Below, in pieces: positions 19,410 through 27,471 of a stretch of 64,000 bases of DNA. The notes under the pieces are model-generated. The model made no database searches. It was not told the origin of the DNA and was given only the letters and a program-made list of their open reading frames with translations. The number at the start of each line of letters is the position of its first letter. Position 1 is the stretch's first letter. The DNA comes from an uncultured Solirubrobacterales bacterium (GTDB taxonomy: Bacteria > Actinomycetota > Thermoleophilia > Solirubrobacterales > 70-9): NCBI GenBank assembly GCA_963763955.1, contig CAVXQP010000010.1, forward strand, positions 156,118 to 220,117, written 5' to 3'. Made by a program: the position numbers and the translations under genes.

Positions 19410-19451
19410 CCGGGCTGCACGAACGCTTTAGGGACGCGTTCGGGCGCCACC

Positions 19452-19457
19452 TACACT
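19452..19457 (+). promoter_or_regulatory. -10-like TACACT placed 6 nt upstream of the dxr GTG (possible leaderless transcript)
   Basis: TANNNT hexamer ends 6 nt before the start codon and there is no Shine-Dalgarno sequence. The same geometry and a near-identical 16-mer occur upstream of ispG. Confidence 0.35.
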
Positions 19458-19463
19458 GGGCCC

Positions 19464-20609
19464 GTGAAGCGAGTGCTGATACTCGGGTCGACCGGATCGA
19501 TCGGCACCCAGGCGCTCGAGGTGATCGGGGCGAGCGACGACCTCCAGGTCGCCGGGCTCTCCGCGGACTCGAGCTGGGAGCGGCTGCTGGCGCAGGCCCG
19601 CGATCACGGAGTCCCGGCGATCGCCCTCGCCGACCCGCAGTCCGCGGAGCGGGCCGCAGCGGCCTGGGGCGGACAGGTGCTCGCCGGAGAGGATGGCGTC
19701 CGGGAGCTGATCCTCAGCTCCAAGCCGGACCTGGTGCTGAACGCGGTGGTCGGCGCCGCCGGGTTGGGGCCGACGATCGTGGCGCTGACCGAGGGAATGG
19801 ACCTCGCACTGGCCAACAAGGAGAGCCTGGTGATCGGCGGAGAGCTGGTGATGGCCCTGGCGGAGGCCACCGATGCCCGGATCATCCCGGTCGATTCCGA
19901 GCACTCCGCCCTGTATCAGCTCATTCACGCGGAGCCGCCCGGCACAGTGGATCACCTGGTCCTGACCGCCTCGGGCGGGCCTTTCCGGGGGCGCACCGAC
20001 CTCTCTGCGATCACCACCGATGAGGCCCTCGCTCATCCGACCTGGGAGATGGGCGGCAGGATCACGATCGACTCGGCGACCCTGATGAACAAGGGCTTCG
20101 AGCTGATCGAGGCACACCATCTCTTCGGGGTCCCGTATGAGCGGATCGACGTCGTGGTCCATCCCCAGTCGATCGTGCACGCCCTCGTCAACCTGAACGA
20201 CGGGGCGTCACTGGCCCACCTGGGCTATCCGGACATGAAGGTGCCGATCTCCTACGCGCTCAACTATCCCGAGCGCGCCGACGTCGAGGTGCTGACACTC
20301 GACCTGGCGAGCGTGGGGCAGCTCGCCTTCGAGCGACCGGACGCCGAGACCTTCGCCTGCCTGCGCCTCGCCCGCGAGGCCGGCGAGGTGGGGGGGACGG
20401 CGCCCTGTGTCCTTAACGCCTCCGACGAGGTGGCGGTGGAGGCCTTCCTGGAGGGGCGCATCCCGTTCACCGGCATCGCCGAAGTGATCGACCGCGCGCT
20501 CGAGGCGATCCCCGGCGGCCCGGTTCGCCACTTCGAGGAGCTCTTCGAGATCGATGAGGCCGCGCGCGTGCATGCCCGCGGCGTGATCGAGAGCTTGGCG
20601 GTCGCATGA
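19464..20609 (+). CDS. dxr: 1-deoxy-D-xylulose 5-phosphate reductoisomerase
   Basis: 381 aa, GTG start. ILGSTGSIGTQALEV, LANKESLV, PVDSEHSALYQ, LTASGGPFRG, HPTWEMG.KITIDSATLMNKG.E.IEA. Confidence 0.95.
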   Translation: MKRVLILGSTGSIGTQALEVIGASDDLQVAGLSADSSWERLLAQARDHGVPAIALADPQSAERAAAAWGGQVLAGEDGVRELILSSKPDLVLNAVVGAAGLGPTIVALTEGMDLALANKESLVIGGELVMALAEATDARIIPVDSEHSALYQLIHAEPPGTVDHLVLTASGGPFRGRTDLSAITTDEALAHPTWEMGGRITIDSATLMNKGFELIEAHHLFGVPYERIDVVVHPQSIVHALVNLNDGASLAHLGYPDMKVPISYALNYPERADVEVLTLDLASVGQLAFERPDAETFACLRLAREAGEVGGTAPCVLNASDEVAVEAFLEGRIPFTGIAEVIDRALEAIPGGPVRHFEELFEIDEAARVHARGVIESLAVA

Positions 20610-21835
20610 GCTGGGTTCTGGTCGTCGCGGGCTTCGCCGCGCTGATCATGGTGCACGAGGGCGGTCACTTCGTCGTGGCGAAGCTCACCGGTATGCGCGT
20701 GGAGCGCTTCTTCCTCTTCTTCCCGCCCAAGCTGGTCAGCTTCAGGCGCGGCGAGACCGAGTACGGGATCGGGATGATCCCCCTCGGCGGCTTCGTGAAG
20801 ATCACCGGGATGAACCCCGAGGAGCTCGAGGCGGCGGAGCGCGGGGAGAACGTTGAGCACAAGCCCGGGCTGCTCGAGCAGCTCGAGGGCGCGGACTCCG
20901 GGAAGGACACCCCACAGCCGATTGAAGGGGACGGCCCGGTGGACCCGGAAGTGATCGAGCGCGCCTATTACAACCAGCCGGTCTGGAAACGGATCGCGGT
21001 GATCGCGGCGGGACCGGTGGTCAACATCGTGGTGGCGTTCGTGCTGCTCTTCGCCGTGTACCTGAGCCTCCCGGTGCCCGATGGGATCCAGGTCGAGTCG
21101 GTTCAGGCCGGCACGCCCGCGGCGGGTGTGCTCAAGCCAGGGGACCGACTGCTTGCCGTCGACGGCGCTCGCGCCACCATTCCGGATCTCTCCAAGATCG
21201 ACGACGCCAACCGGCGCATCAACGTGGCCAACGACAAGTTCGCGCACATCACGAACGTGATCAGGGGCCATCACTGCGCGGGCGGGCGGTCCCCGAACTG
21301 CCGCTCGAAAGCCCCGGTGACAGTGAAGGTCGAGAGAGATGGGAAGGTCAGGACATTCCAGATCCCGACCTACTACGACCCCGACCATCACCGCTACCGG
21401 CTCGGCATCGAGTTCAAGGCGGTCGGGACTGCCACCGCCCACCAGTCCCCGATCGAGGCAGCGCACCTCGCGGTGGACAAGATGTGGTTCGTCACCTCGC
21501 GGACGCTCTCGGTGATCGGCCGGATCTTCCAGCCCGCCGAGCGGAAGCAGATCTCCAGCGTGGTGGGGGGTTCGCAGGCGCTCAATCAGGCGATCGGCTT
21601 CAACGCCCACGAGGGGATCTTCGTTCTCGCCGTGATCAGCCTCTCGCTCGGGCTGATCAACCTGTTCCCGTTCCTGCCGCTCGACGGCGGCCACATCTTC
21701 TGGAGCCTGGTCGAGAAGATCCGCGGCCGCCGCGTGCCGTTCGCCGTCATCGAGCGTGCCAGCGCGGTCGGCTTCCTGCTCGTGCTCTGCTTGTTCGCGA
21801 TCGGCCTGACCAACGACATCGGCCGGCTCACTTAG
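20606..21835 (+). CDS. rseP: RIP metalloprotease RseP/Rip1 (M50 site-2 protease)
   Basis: 409 aa. ATGA overlap with dxr. HEGGHFVVAK zinc motif, central PDZ-like region (GD.LLAVDG), C-terminal NLFPFLPLDGGH. Confidence 0.9.
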   Translation: MSWVLVVAGFAALIMVHEGGHFVVAKLTGMRVERFFLFFPPKLVSFRRGETEYGIGMIPLGGFVKITGMNPEELEAAERGENVEHKPGLLEQLEGADSGKDTPQPIEGDGPVDPEVIERAYYNQPVWKRIAVIAAGPVVNIVVAFVLLFAVYLSLPVPDGIQVESVQAGTPAAGVLKPGDRLLAVDGARATIPDLSKIDDANRRINVANDKFAHITNVIRGHHCAGGRSPNCRSKAPVTVKVERDGKVRTFQIPTYYDPDHHRYRLGIEFKAVGTATAHQSPIEAAHLAVDKMWFVTSRTLSVIGRIFQPAERKQISSVVGGSQALNQAIGFNAHEGIFVLAVISLSLGLINLFPFLPLDGGHIFWSLVEKIRGRRVPFAVIERASAVGFLLVLCLFAIGLTNDIGRLT

Positions 21836-22198
21836 CTAGGCCAGCCTCGCCGCCAGGGTGATCTCGACCCCGGCCAGAGCGCGCGAGACGGCGCAACCGC
21901 TCCTCGCCCCGTCGGCGAACTCCTGGAACTCCGCGTCGTCGAGGCCGTCGACCTTGACCTCGGTGCTGGCTCCTGGAGTGTTCACGTGCTCCGCCTGGCT
22001 CAACGCCGCGGCCAGCGCCATCGAGAAGCAGCCCGCGTGCGCCGCCGCGATCAGCTCCTCGGGGTTGGTCCCTTCTCCGCTCTCGAATCGGGACGCGAAC
22101 GAGTAGCTGCCCTCGAAAGCCCCGCTCCCGAGCGACATCGTGCCGTTGCCGCGCGCCAGGTTTCCGCTCCACTCCGCGCTCGATGATCTCGTTGGCAT
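21836..22198 (-). CDS. OsmC family peroxiredoxin-like protein
   Basis: 120 aa. GTNPEELIAAAHAGCFSMAL ... CAVSRAL are typical OsmC/Ohr Cys motifs. Convergent with rseP with no gap. Confidence 0.8.
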   Translation of the reverse strand: MPTRSSSAEWSGNLARGNGTMSLGSGAFEGSYSFASRFESGEGTNPEELIAAAHAGCFSMALAAALSQAEHVNTPGASTEVKVDGLDDAEFQEFADGARSGCAVSRALAGVEITLAARLA

Positions 22199-22230
22199 CG
22201 TTTCCTCCTGGTGTAGCGTTTGTGCGAGGG

Positions 22231-22250
22231 TGCTCCTTGTTGAAGGAGCA
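22231..22250. promoter_or_regulatory. perfect 8-bp inverted repeat in the osmC/fadD divergent intergenic region (operator or hairpin candidate)
   Basis: TGCTCCTT-GTTG-AAGGAGCA, located 42 nt upstream of the acyl-CoA ligase start and 33 nt upstream of the osmC start. Confidence 0.3.
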
Positions 22251-22291
22251 ACCCGTTTCTCGGAGTTCTACCGAGGAGAGGAGAGCTGCCC

Positions 22292-24106
22292 GTGGAGGTC
22301 ACGACTTCAGAGCGCCAGGCGAGCGGCGGCGAGGCGCCGAAGCTGCCTGCCGAAAATCTCGTCAAGGCCTTCTACGGGGTGGTCGATCGCCTCGGCGACG
22401 ACCTCGCGATCCGGGACGAGGCTCGAGGAGTGGAGCTCAGCTGGAACGAGCTCCGTGACACCGTGCACAGGATCGCGGGCGGCCTATCGCAGCTGGGGGT
22501 GAAGAAGGGCGACACGGTCGCGATCATGCTCGGCAACCGCTGGGAGTTCATCCCCTGCGACCTGGCGGCCGTCTCCCTCGGAGCGATCCCGTTCTCGGTC
22601 TACCAGACGTACGCTCCGGAGCAGGTCGAGTACCTGCTCTCGGACGCCGAGAGCAAGCTGATGATCACCGAGCAGGCGTATCTCGACAACGTCAACGAGG
22701 CGCGGAAGGGCGTCTCGACGCTCGAACGCGTGATCGTCGTCGACGGCGACGGCGGCGACCTCACCCTCGACGAGCTGATGGAGATGGACCCGGAGTTCGA
22801 TCCAGCCGAGTCGGTCGAGCAGCTCGGGCCCGACGACCTCTTGACGCTGATCTACACCTCGGGGACTACGGGACCCCCGAAGGGTGTCCAGCTCACGCAT
22901 CGCAACCTACTCTTCGCGATCGCCACCGCGGACGAACTGATCGACCTCCCGGAGCGGGGCGCCAAGGTGATCTCCTGGCTGCCGGCCGCCCACGTCGCCG
23001 AGCGAAACGCGCACTACTACCTGCCCGTCACCAAGGGCGTCTCGGTCACGATCTGCTCGGATCCTCGGCGGATCGCCGAGTTCCTCCCCAAGGTGAGGCC
23101 GACCTGGTTCTTTGCGGTGCCCCGGATCTTCGAGAAGCTCAAGGCCGGGCTCGAGGCGATGATGGCAGGGCTCCCTGACGAGCAGCGTGAGGCGGCCGAG
23201 AAGGGGCTCGAGGCGGCCCTGGCCAAGGTCCGCGCGGAGCAGGCCGGGGAGGCGGTTCCACCTGAGGTGGCCGAGGCGGCCGCCCAAGCCGACGAGCAGA
23301 TGTTCTCCGAGCTGCGCAAGCAGCTCGGGCTGGACGAGGCGCTCGCGGTCAACGCCGGCGCCGCACCGACTCCGCTCGAGGTGCTCGAGTTCTTCCACGC
23401 GATCGGCATCCCGGTCGGCGAGCTCTGGGGCATGTCGGAGACCTGCGGGCTCGGCACCATCAACCCGCCCGACCGAATCAAGCTGGGCACCGTCGGGCCG
23501 CCGACGCCCGGGGTTGAGATCAGGCTCGATGACGACGGCGAGGTGCTGGTGAAGGCCGACTGCGTGATGCCCGGCTACCGCAAGCTGCCTGAGAAGAACG
23601 AGGAGGCGTTCACCGACGACGGCTGGCTCCGCACCGGCGACATCGGCGAGATCGACGAGGACGGCTATCTGAAGATCGTCGACCGCAAGAAGGAGCTGAT
23701 CATCAACGCCGCCGGCAAGAACATGTCACCGGCGAACATCGAGTCTCACCTGAAGACTGCGAGCCCGCTGATCGGGCAGGCGGCGGCGATCGGCAACGGG
23801 CGCCCCTTCAACAGCGCCCTGATCGTCCTGGATCCGGACTTCGCTCCGGTCTGGGCCTCCCAGAACGGGCTCGAGGGCAAGTCACTCGAGGAGCTCGCCG
23901 TCGAGGAGAGGACCCGCGACGCGATCCAGGCGGCCGTCGACCAGGCGAACGCCAAGATGGCGCGCGTCGAGCAGATCAAGAAGTTCACGATCCTGCCGCA
24001 GCAGTGGGAGCCCGGCGGCGACGAGCTCACCCCGACGATGAAGCTCAAGCGCAAGCCGATCGACGAGAAGTACGCCGAGGAAATCGAGGCGCTCTACTCG
24101 GGCTAG
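22292..24106 (+). CDS. long-chain fatty acid-CoA ligase (AMP-dependent synthetase)
   Basis: 604 aa, GTG start after GAGGAGAGGAGAG. LIYTSGTTGPPKGVQLTH AMP-binding motif, GELWGMSET, TGDIGEIDEDGYLKIVDRKKELI, TPTMKLKRK. Confidence 0.88.
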   Translation: MEVTTSERQASGGEAPKLPAENLVKAFYGVVDRLGDDLAIRDEARGVELSWNELRDTVHRIAGGLSQLGVKKGDTVAIMLGNRWEFIPCDLAAVSLGAIPFSVYQTYAPEQVEYLLSDAESKLMITEQAYLDNVNEARKGVSTLERVIVVDGDGGDLTLDELMEMDPEFDPAESVEQLGPDDLLTLIYTSGTTGPPKGVQLTHRNLLFAIATADELIDLPERGAKVISWLPAAHVAERNAHYYLPVTKGVSVTICSDPRRIAEFLPKVRPTWFFAVPRIFEKLKAGLEAMMAGLPDEQREAAEKGLEAALAKVRAEQAGEAVPPEVAEAAAQADEQMFSELRKQLGLDEALAVNAGAAPTPLEVLEFFHAIGIPVGELWGMSETCGLGTINPPDRIKLGTVGPPTPGVEIRLDDDGEVLVKADCVMPGYRKLPEKNEEAFTDDGWLRTGDIGEIDEDGYLKIVDRKKELIINAAGKNMSPANIESHLKTASPLIGQAAAIGNGRPFNSALIVLDPDFAPVWASQNGLEGKSLEELAVEERTRDAIQAAVDQANAKMARVEQIKKFTILPQQWEPGGDELTPTMKLKRKPIDEKYAEEIEALYSG

Positions 24107-24110
24107 CCCC

Positions 24111-25025
24111 ATGGACGAGTTTCGCCGGCGACGGCAAATCCGCCACGGGCAAGAGCAACGCCGTAGAGCGGCCATCCGACGCCGAAATGCGTTGCTCTGC
24201 GCGGCGGTGGCGAGCGCGGTGATCGGCGCGGTGATCGGATCGGGCGCCGGCAGGGGGACTGGCGCTGCCGTCAAGGAGCAGAAGACCCCCAAGCTCGCTC
24301 GGGGCGGAGTAGGCCCGCCCACAGCTGGAGGGAAGCTCGTCCAGTGGAAGGGGCCCGTTCCGATCCTGATGTATCACGTGATCGACAACGCCCCTCCCGG
24401 CGCCCAGCTGCCCGAGCTCTACGTCGGCCCCACGACCTTCGACCAGCAGATGAAGGCGCTCGAGAAGGAGGGCTACACCGGTGTCAGCCTGAACCAGGTC
24501 TATGACGCCTGGTTCAAGGGCGGGACGCTTCCCCAGAAACCGGTGGTCGTCTCGTTCGACGACGGCTATCGCGGCCAGTACGTCTATGCGCGACCCGAGC
24601 TGCGCAGGCTGGGCTGGCCGGGCGTCCTCAATCTGATCGTCAGGACCTACACCGAGCCGAATGGAGAGCTCAGTCCCGAGATGGTCCAGCGGATGATCAA
24701 CGACGGCTGGGAGATCGACTCGCACACCGTCCACCACCTCGACGTCTCGATACTGAGCGGCTCGGAGCTCCGGGAGGAGGTCGCCGGATCGCGCAAGGAC
24801 ATTCAGCAGCGCTTCCACCAGCCGGTCAACTTCTTCTGCTACCCGTCCGGCCGCTACGACGCCCAGGCGATTCAGGCAGTGCGGGCCGCGGGCTACCTCG
24901 GCGCGACGACCGAGGACCAGGGTCTCGCCTCGAAGAGCCAGATGTACGCGCTCAAGCGGATCCGCGTGGACGGCTCAGACGGCGTCAGCGGGCTGGAGCG
25001 GAAGCTGAGCCAGGCAGGCGCGTAG
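24111..25025 (+). CDS. polysaccharide deacetylase (NodB-homology) family protein, N-terminally anchored
   Basis: 304 aa. TM segment LLCAAVASAVIGAVIG, PILMYHVI, VVVSFDDGYRGQY, DGWEIDSHTVHH, FCYPSGRYD. Confidence 0.82.
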   Translation: MDEFRRRRQIRHGQEQRRRAAIRRRNALLCAAVASAVIGAVIGSGAGRGTGAAVKEQKTPKLARGGVGPPTAGGKLVQWKGPVPILMYHVIDNAPPGAQLPELYVGPTTFDQQMKALEKEGYTGVSLNQVYDAWFKGGTLPQKPVVVSFDDGYRGQYVYARPELRRLGWPGVLNLIVRTYTEPNGELSPEMVQRMINDGWEIDSHTVHHLDVSILSGSELREEVAGSRKDIQQRFHQPVNFFCYPSGRYDAQAIQAVRAAGYLGATTEDQGLASKSQMYALKRIRVDGSDGVSGLERKLSQAGA

Positions 25026-25808
25026 CTAGCGGTGCTTCTTGCACTTCTTCGCCGCTTGGGCCGAGCGGTGCTTGTGCTTCTTGCACTTCTTCTTGGTCAT
25101 GGGGGGCGCGGCGGGCGGACTTGAGGTGGGCGGGTACCCGGTCGGCCCACCGCCGCCGCCGGGACCGCAGGGCGCCTCGGTGGGGGCGAAGGAGTTGGGG
25201 CGCGGATCGGGGGTCACCGACGAGAAGTCCAACGAGCTGTCGTTCGTGTCGTCGCTCGCCTCGAGCAATGTGGCGCAGCCTGGAGCGATCGACCGGCGCA
25301 GCGCCGTCCCCGCCACCAGCGCGGGTGAGGGGGCGCCGGGATTCGCGACCGTCCCATAGGTCCCGGTCAGCGTCGAGGCCCCGGTGAAGGTGCCCCAGGC
25401 GACGCAGTCGCGATACCCCGGCTCGCCCAGGTAGCAGACCGCGCCAGCGGCGCTGATGCTGTTGAGGTTCAGGTCCACGTTGAAGTCCTTGCTCGCGCTC
25501 GCGAGGCCGCTGTCGCCGAACACGACCGTGTCCTGGCTGTTGCCGTTGGCGACATTCGCGAACGGCGAGAACATGTGCGTGGTCGAGCAGTCGCTGTTGC
25601 AGGTCAGCAGCGCCGCCCCGTTGCTGAGGAAGTTCTGGAACGGGGCGTACATCTGGACCTCCAGGTAGCTGCTGTCCGGGGCGCCAGTCCCCGCAGAGAC
25701 CTCGCGGATCTTCATGAAGTGGAAGGTGGCGCTCGCACTGGCTGCTGCGCCCGCTAGGCCGGCCAAGGCGAGGACGAAGGCGAGAACGAATTTGCGGCTG
25801 GCACTCAT
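25026..25808 (-). CDS. secreted lamin-tail-domain (LTD)-like protein with double KCKK-box C-terminal tail
   Basis: ATG at 25808 overlaps the upstream paralog's stop (ATGA). Signal peptide MSASRKFVLAFVLALAGLAGAAASASA. FMKIREV......YLEVQMY is LTD-like, and DCVAWG is present. Ends TKKKCKKHKHRSAQAAKKCKKHR. Confidence 0.65.
   Translation of the reverse strand: MSASRKFVLAFVLALAGLAGAAASASATFHFMKIREVSAGTGAPDSSYLEVQMYAPFQNFLSNGAALLTCNSDCSTTHMFSPFANVANGNSQDTVVFGDSGLASASKDFNVDLNLNSISAAGAVCYLGEPGYRDCVAWGTFTGASTLTGTYGTVANPGAPSPALVAGTALRRSIAPGCATLLEASDDTNDSSLDFSSVTPDPRPNSFAPTEAPCGPGGGGGPTGYPPTSSPPAAPPMTKKKCKKHKHRSAQAAKKCKKHR
25033..25092. repeat. DNA repeat encoding KCKK boxes: exact 18-mer TGCTTCTTGCACTTCTTC at 25033 and 25075
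   Basis: Read directly in the sequence. The same 18-mer recurs at 25869, with variants at 25812 and at 10235/10291. Confidence 0.8.
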
Positions 25809-26551
25809 CGATGCTTCTTCTTGCACTTCTTCTTCTTGGCGGAATAGGCGCTGGGCGGCTTCTTCTTGTGCTTCTTGCACTTCTTCCTGGCCGCTGCAGT
25901 GCCACAGGCCCTCTCGGTCGGCGCCATCGAGTTGTTGCGGGGGCTGGGGGCTGTGAGCGTGAAGTCGGTGCTCGACGGGCCGACGTCGTCAGCGGGGCTC
26001 TCGAGCAGGGTCGGGCAGCCGCGGTCGATCCTCCGGGTGAGTGCCATCGGACCGTTGATCGCCATCGGGAAGTTGTTGGTGCCGCCGGCGGACATCGGAT
26101 CCGGGAATCCACCCTGCGGACTGAAGCCTCCCCAGGCGACGCAATCCGGTGGGGCGCTGGCCGGGTAACAGACCGCCCCGTTCATGGCGAAGTCGCTCAC
26201 CTCGAGGCCTGGGACGACCACGTCGGGGGCCACGCCGAAGGCGCTCGCGACGCCCGTGTCCCCGATCAGGATCGTCGACTGGTCGGCACCGTTCGCGACA
26301 TTGGTCAGCGGATGGGCGCTCTGGGGCAGGCCGACGGCGTTGTAGACCTGAATGGGACGGCCACCGGTGAAGTTCTCCCCGGTCGAGCGCATCTGCAGCT
26401 CGACGTAGTCGTTCGCGGCGTTCCCATTGCCACCGAAGACCTGCCGGATGTTCATCAGGTGAAAGCTGGCGCTGGCCACCGACGCGCTCAGCAGCCCGAC
26501 CGCGGTCACGGTCACCAGCACGGCTGCGAACGTCTTCCCTCTCCTCACCAC
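25805..26551 (-). CDS. secreted LTD-like protein, paralog of 25026..25808, with double KCKK-box C-terminal tail
   Basis: Signal peptide MVRRGKTFAAVLVTVTAVGLLSASVASA. LMNIRQV.....DYVELQM, DCVAWGG, GCPTLLES. Ends ARKKCKKHKKKPPSAYSAKKKKCKKKHR. Confidence 0.65.
   Translation of the reverse strand: MVRRGKTFAAVLVTVTAVGLLSASVASASFHLMNIRQVFGGNGNAANDYVELQMRSTGENFTGGRPIQVYNAVGLPQSAHPLTNVANGADQSTILIGDTGVASAFGVAPDVVVPGLEVSDFAMNGAVCYPASAPPDCVAWGGFSPQGGFPDPMSAGGTNNFPMAINGPMALTRRIDRGCPTLLESPADDVGPSSTDFTLTAPSPRNNSMAPTERACGTAAARKKCKKHKKKPPSAYSAKKKKCKKKHR
25812..25886. repeat. DNA repeat encoding KCKK boxes (variant at 25812, exact 18-mer at 25869)
   Basis: TGCTTCTTCTTGCACTTCTTC at 25812 and TGCTTCTTGCACTTCTTC at 25869..25886. 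Confidence 0.8.
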
Positions 26552-26594
26552 CCATTGCTACGAACGAGTGGCGGAAAGGGATTGCCCTAAGCGG

Positions 26595-27355
26595 CTACTT
26601 CTGACCGATGACGATCGCGACGACCGTGCCCGGCGTGGCGGTCGTTCCCGGGGCCTTCTTCTGCTTGAGCACCTTGCCGCGGAACTTCTTCTTGTGCGTC
26701 TCCTTCTTCTTCACCTTGACGCCGCAGTCCGCGATTGGTCAGCGCTGTCTTGGCGTTGACCTTTTTCTGCTTGTGCACATTCGGAACGTTGCAGAAGCTG
26801 ACCGTCGCCTGGAGCAGCAGCTCGTGTCCTGTGATGCCGGTGAATGGTCCTGAAGTGTGCCGTCGGCGAAGGTGAGGGAAGCGACCAAGCGTCGACGTCC
26901 GCGTTGTTGCCGGTGCAAGTGATCCGGGATGTCGTGCCCCGGGTTGACCTGGACGCCGATCGCATCGCCATTTGGATCGGCAAGGAGGTGGACGAGGTAT
27001 GAACGGCGTCCACTGAAGACGTGACGGCGATCGCCACCGGACTGGTGCCGACGCCCAGGAACGTCGTCGGGCTCGATTGGCGCAGGATGCGAAGCATGTA
27101 GATCGCGCCCGTGTCGCCACTTCGGACGGACCACGAGGTGACCACGCCGTTCGCCGGGGACTTGAAGGGATGGGTCGAGAGGCCCGCCGAGGCGCCATTC
27201 TGCACAGCCACGCATCCTGTGCAGAGAGCCGGGACGGCTGGGAAGTCGAGGGTGCTGCCGATCTGAACCGTGTCCGCCGACGCGGTGGCAGGCAGCGATG
27301 CGGCAGTGGCAGCCAGGGTTGCGGCGAAAGCAACAGAGCACAGGCGGCGATTCAT
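26595..27355 (-). pseudogene. frame-disrupted secreted protein gene with a Lys-rich tail
   Basis: ATG at 27355 with signal peptide MNRRLCSVAFAATLAATAASLPATASA and a plausible 120 aa. Protein-like sequence then jumps between all three frames (ADPNGDAIGVQVNPG; ITCTGNNADVDAW; PFTGITGHELLLQATVSFCNVPNVHKQKK; IADCGVKVKKKETHKKKFRGKVLKQKK, stop at 26595). Confidence 0.5.
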
Positions 27356-27459
27356 CGATCTCCCTCCGTAGTCCCTCCGGAGCGGCGATCTTCTCAGATC
27401 ACTGCTTGCACCGCAACGCCCGTTTCACACGCGCTCAACGCCCGGATTGGCCCCACGGC

Positions 27460-27465
27460 TACCCT
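27460..27465 (+). promoter_or_regulatory. -10-like TACCCT placed 6 nt upstream of the ispG GTG (possible leaderless transcript)
   Basis: Same spacing as at dxr. The 16-mer CTACCCTGTGCCCGTG matches the dxr 16-mer CTACACTGGGCCCGTG at 14 of 16 positions. Confidence 0.35.
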
Positions 27466-27471
27466 GTGCCC

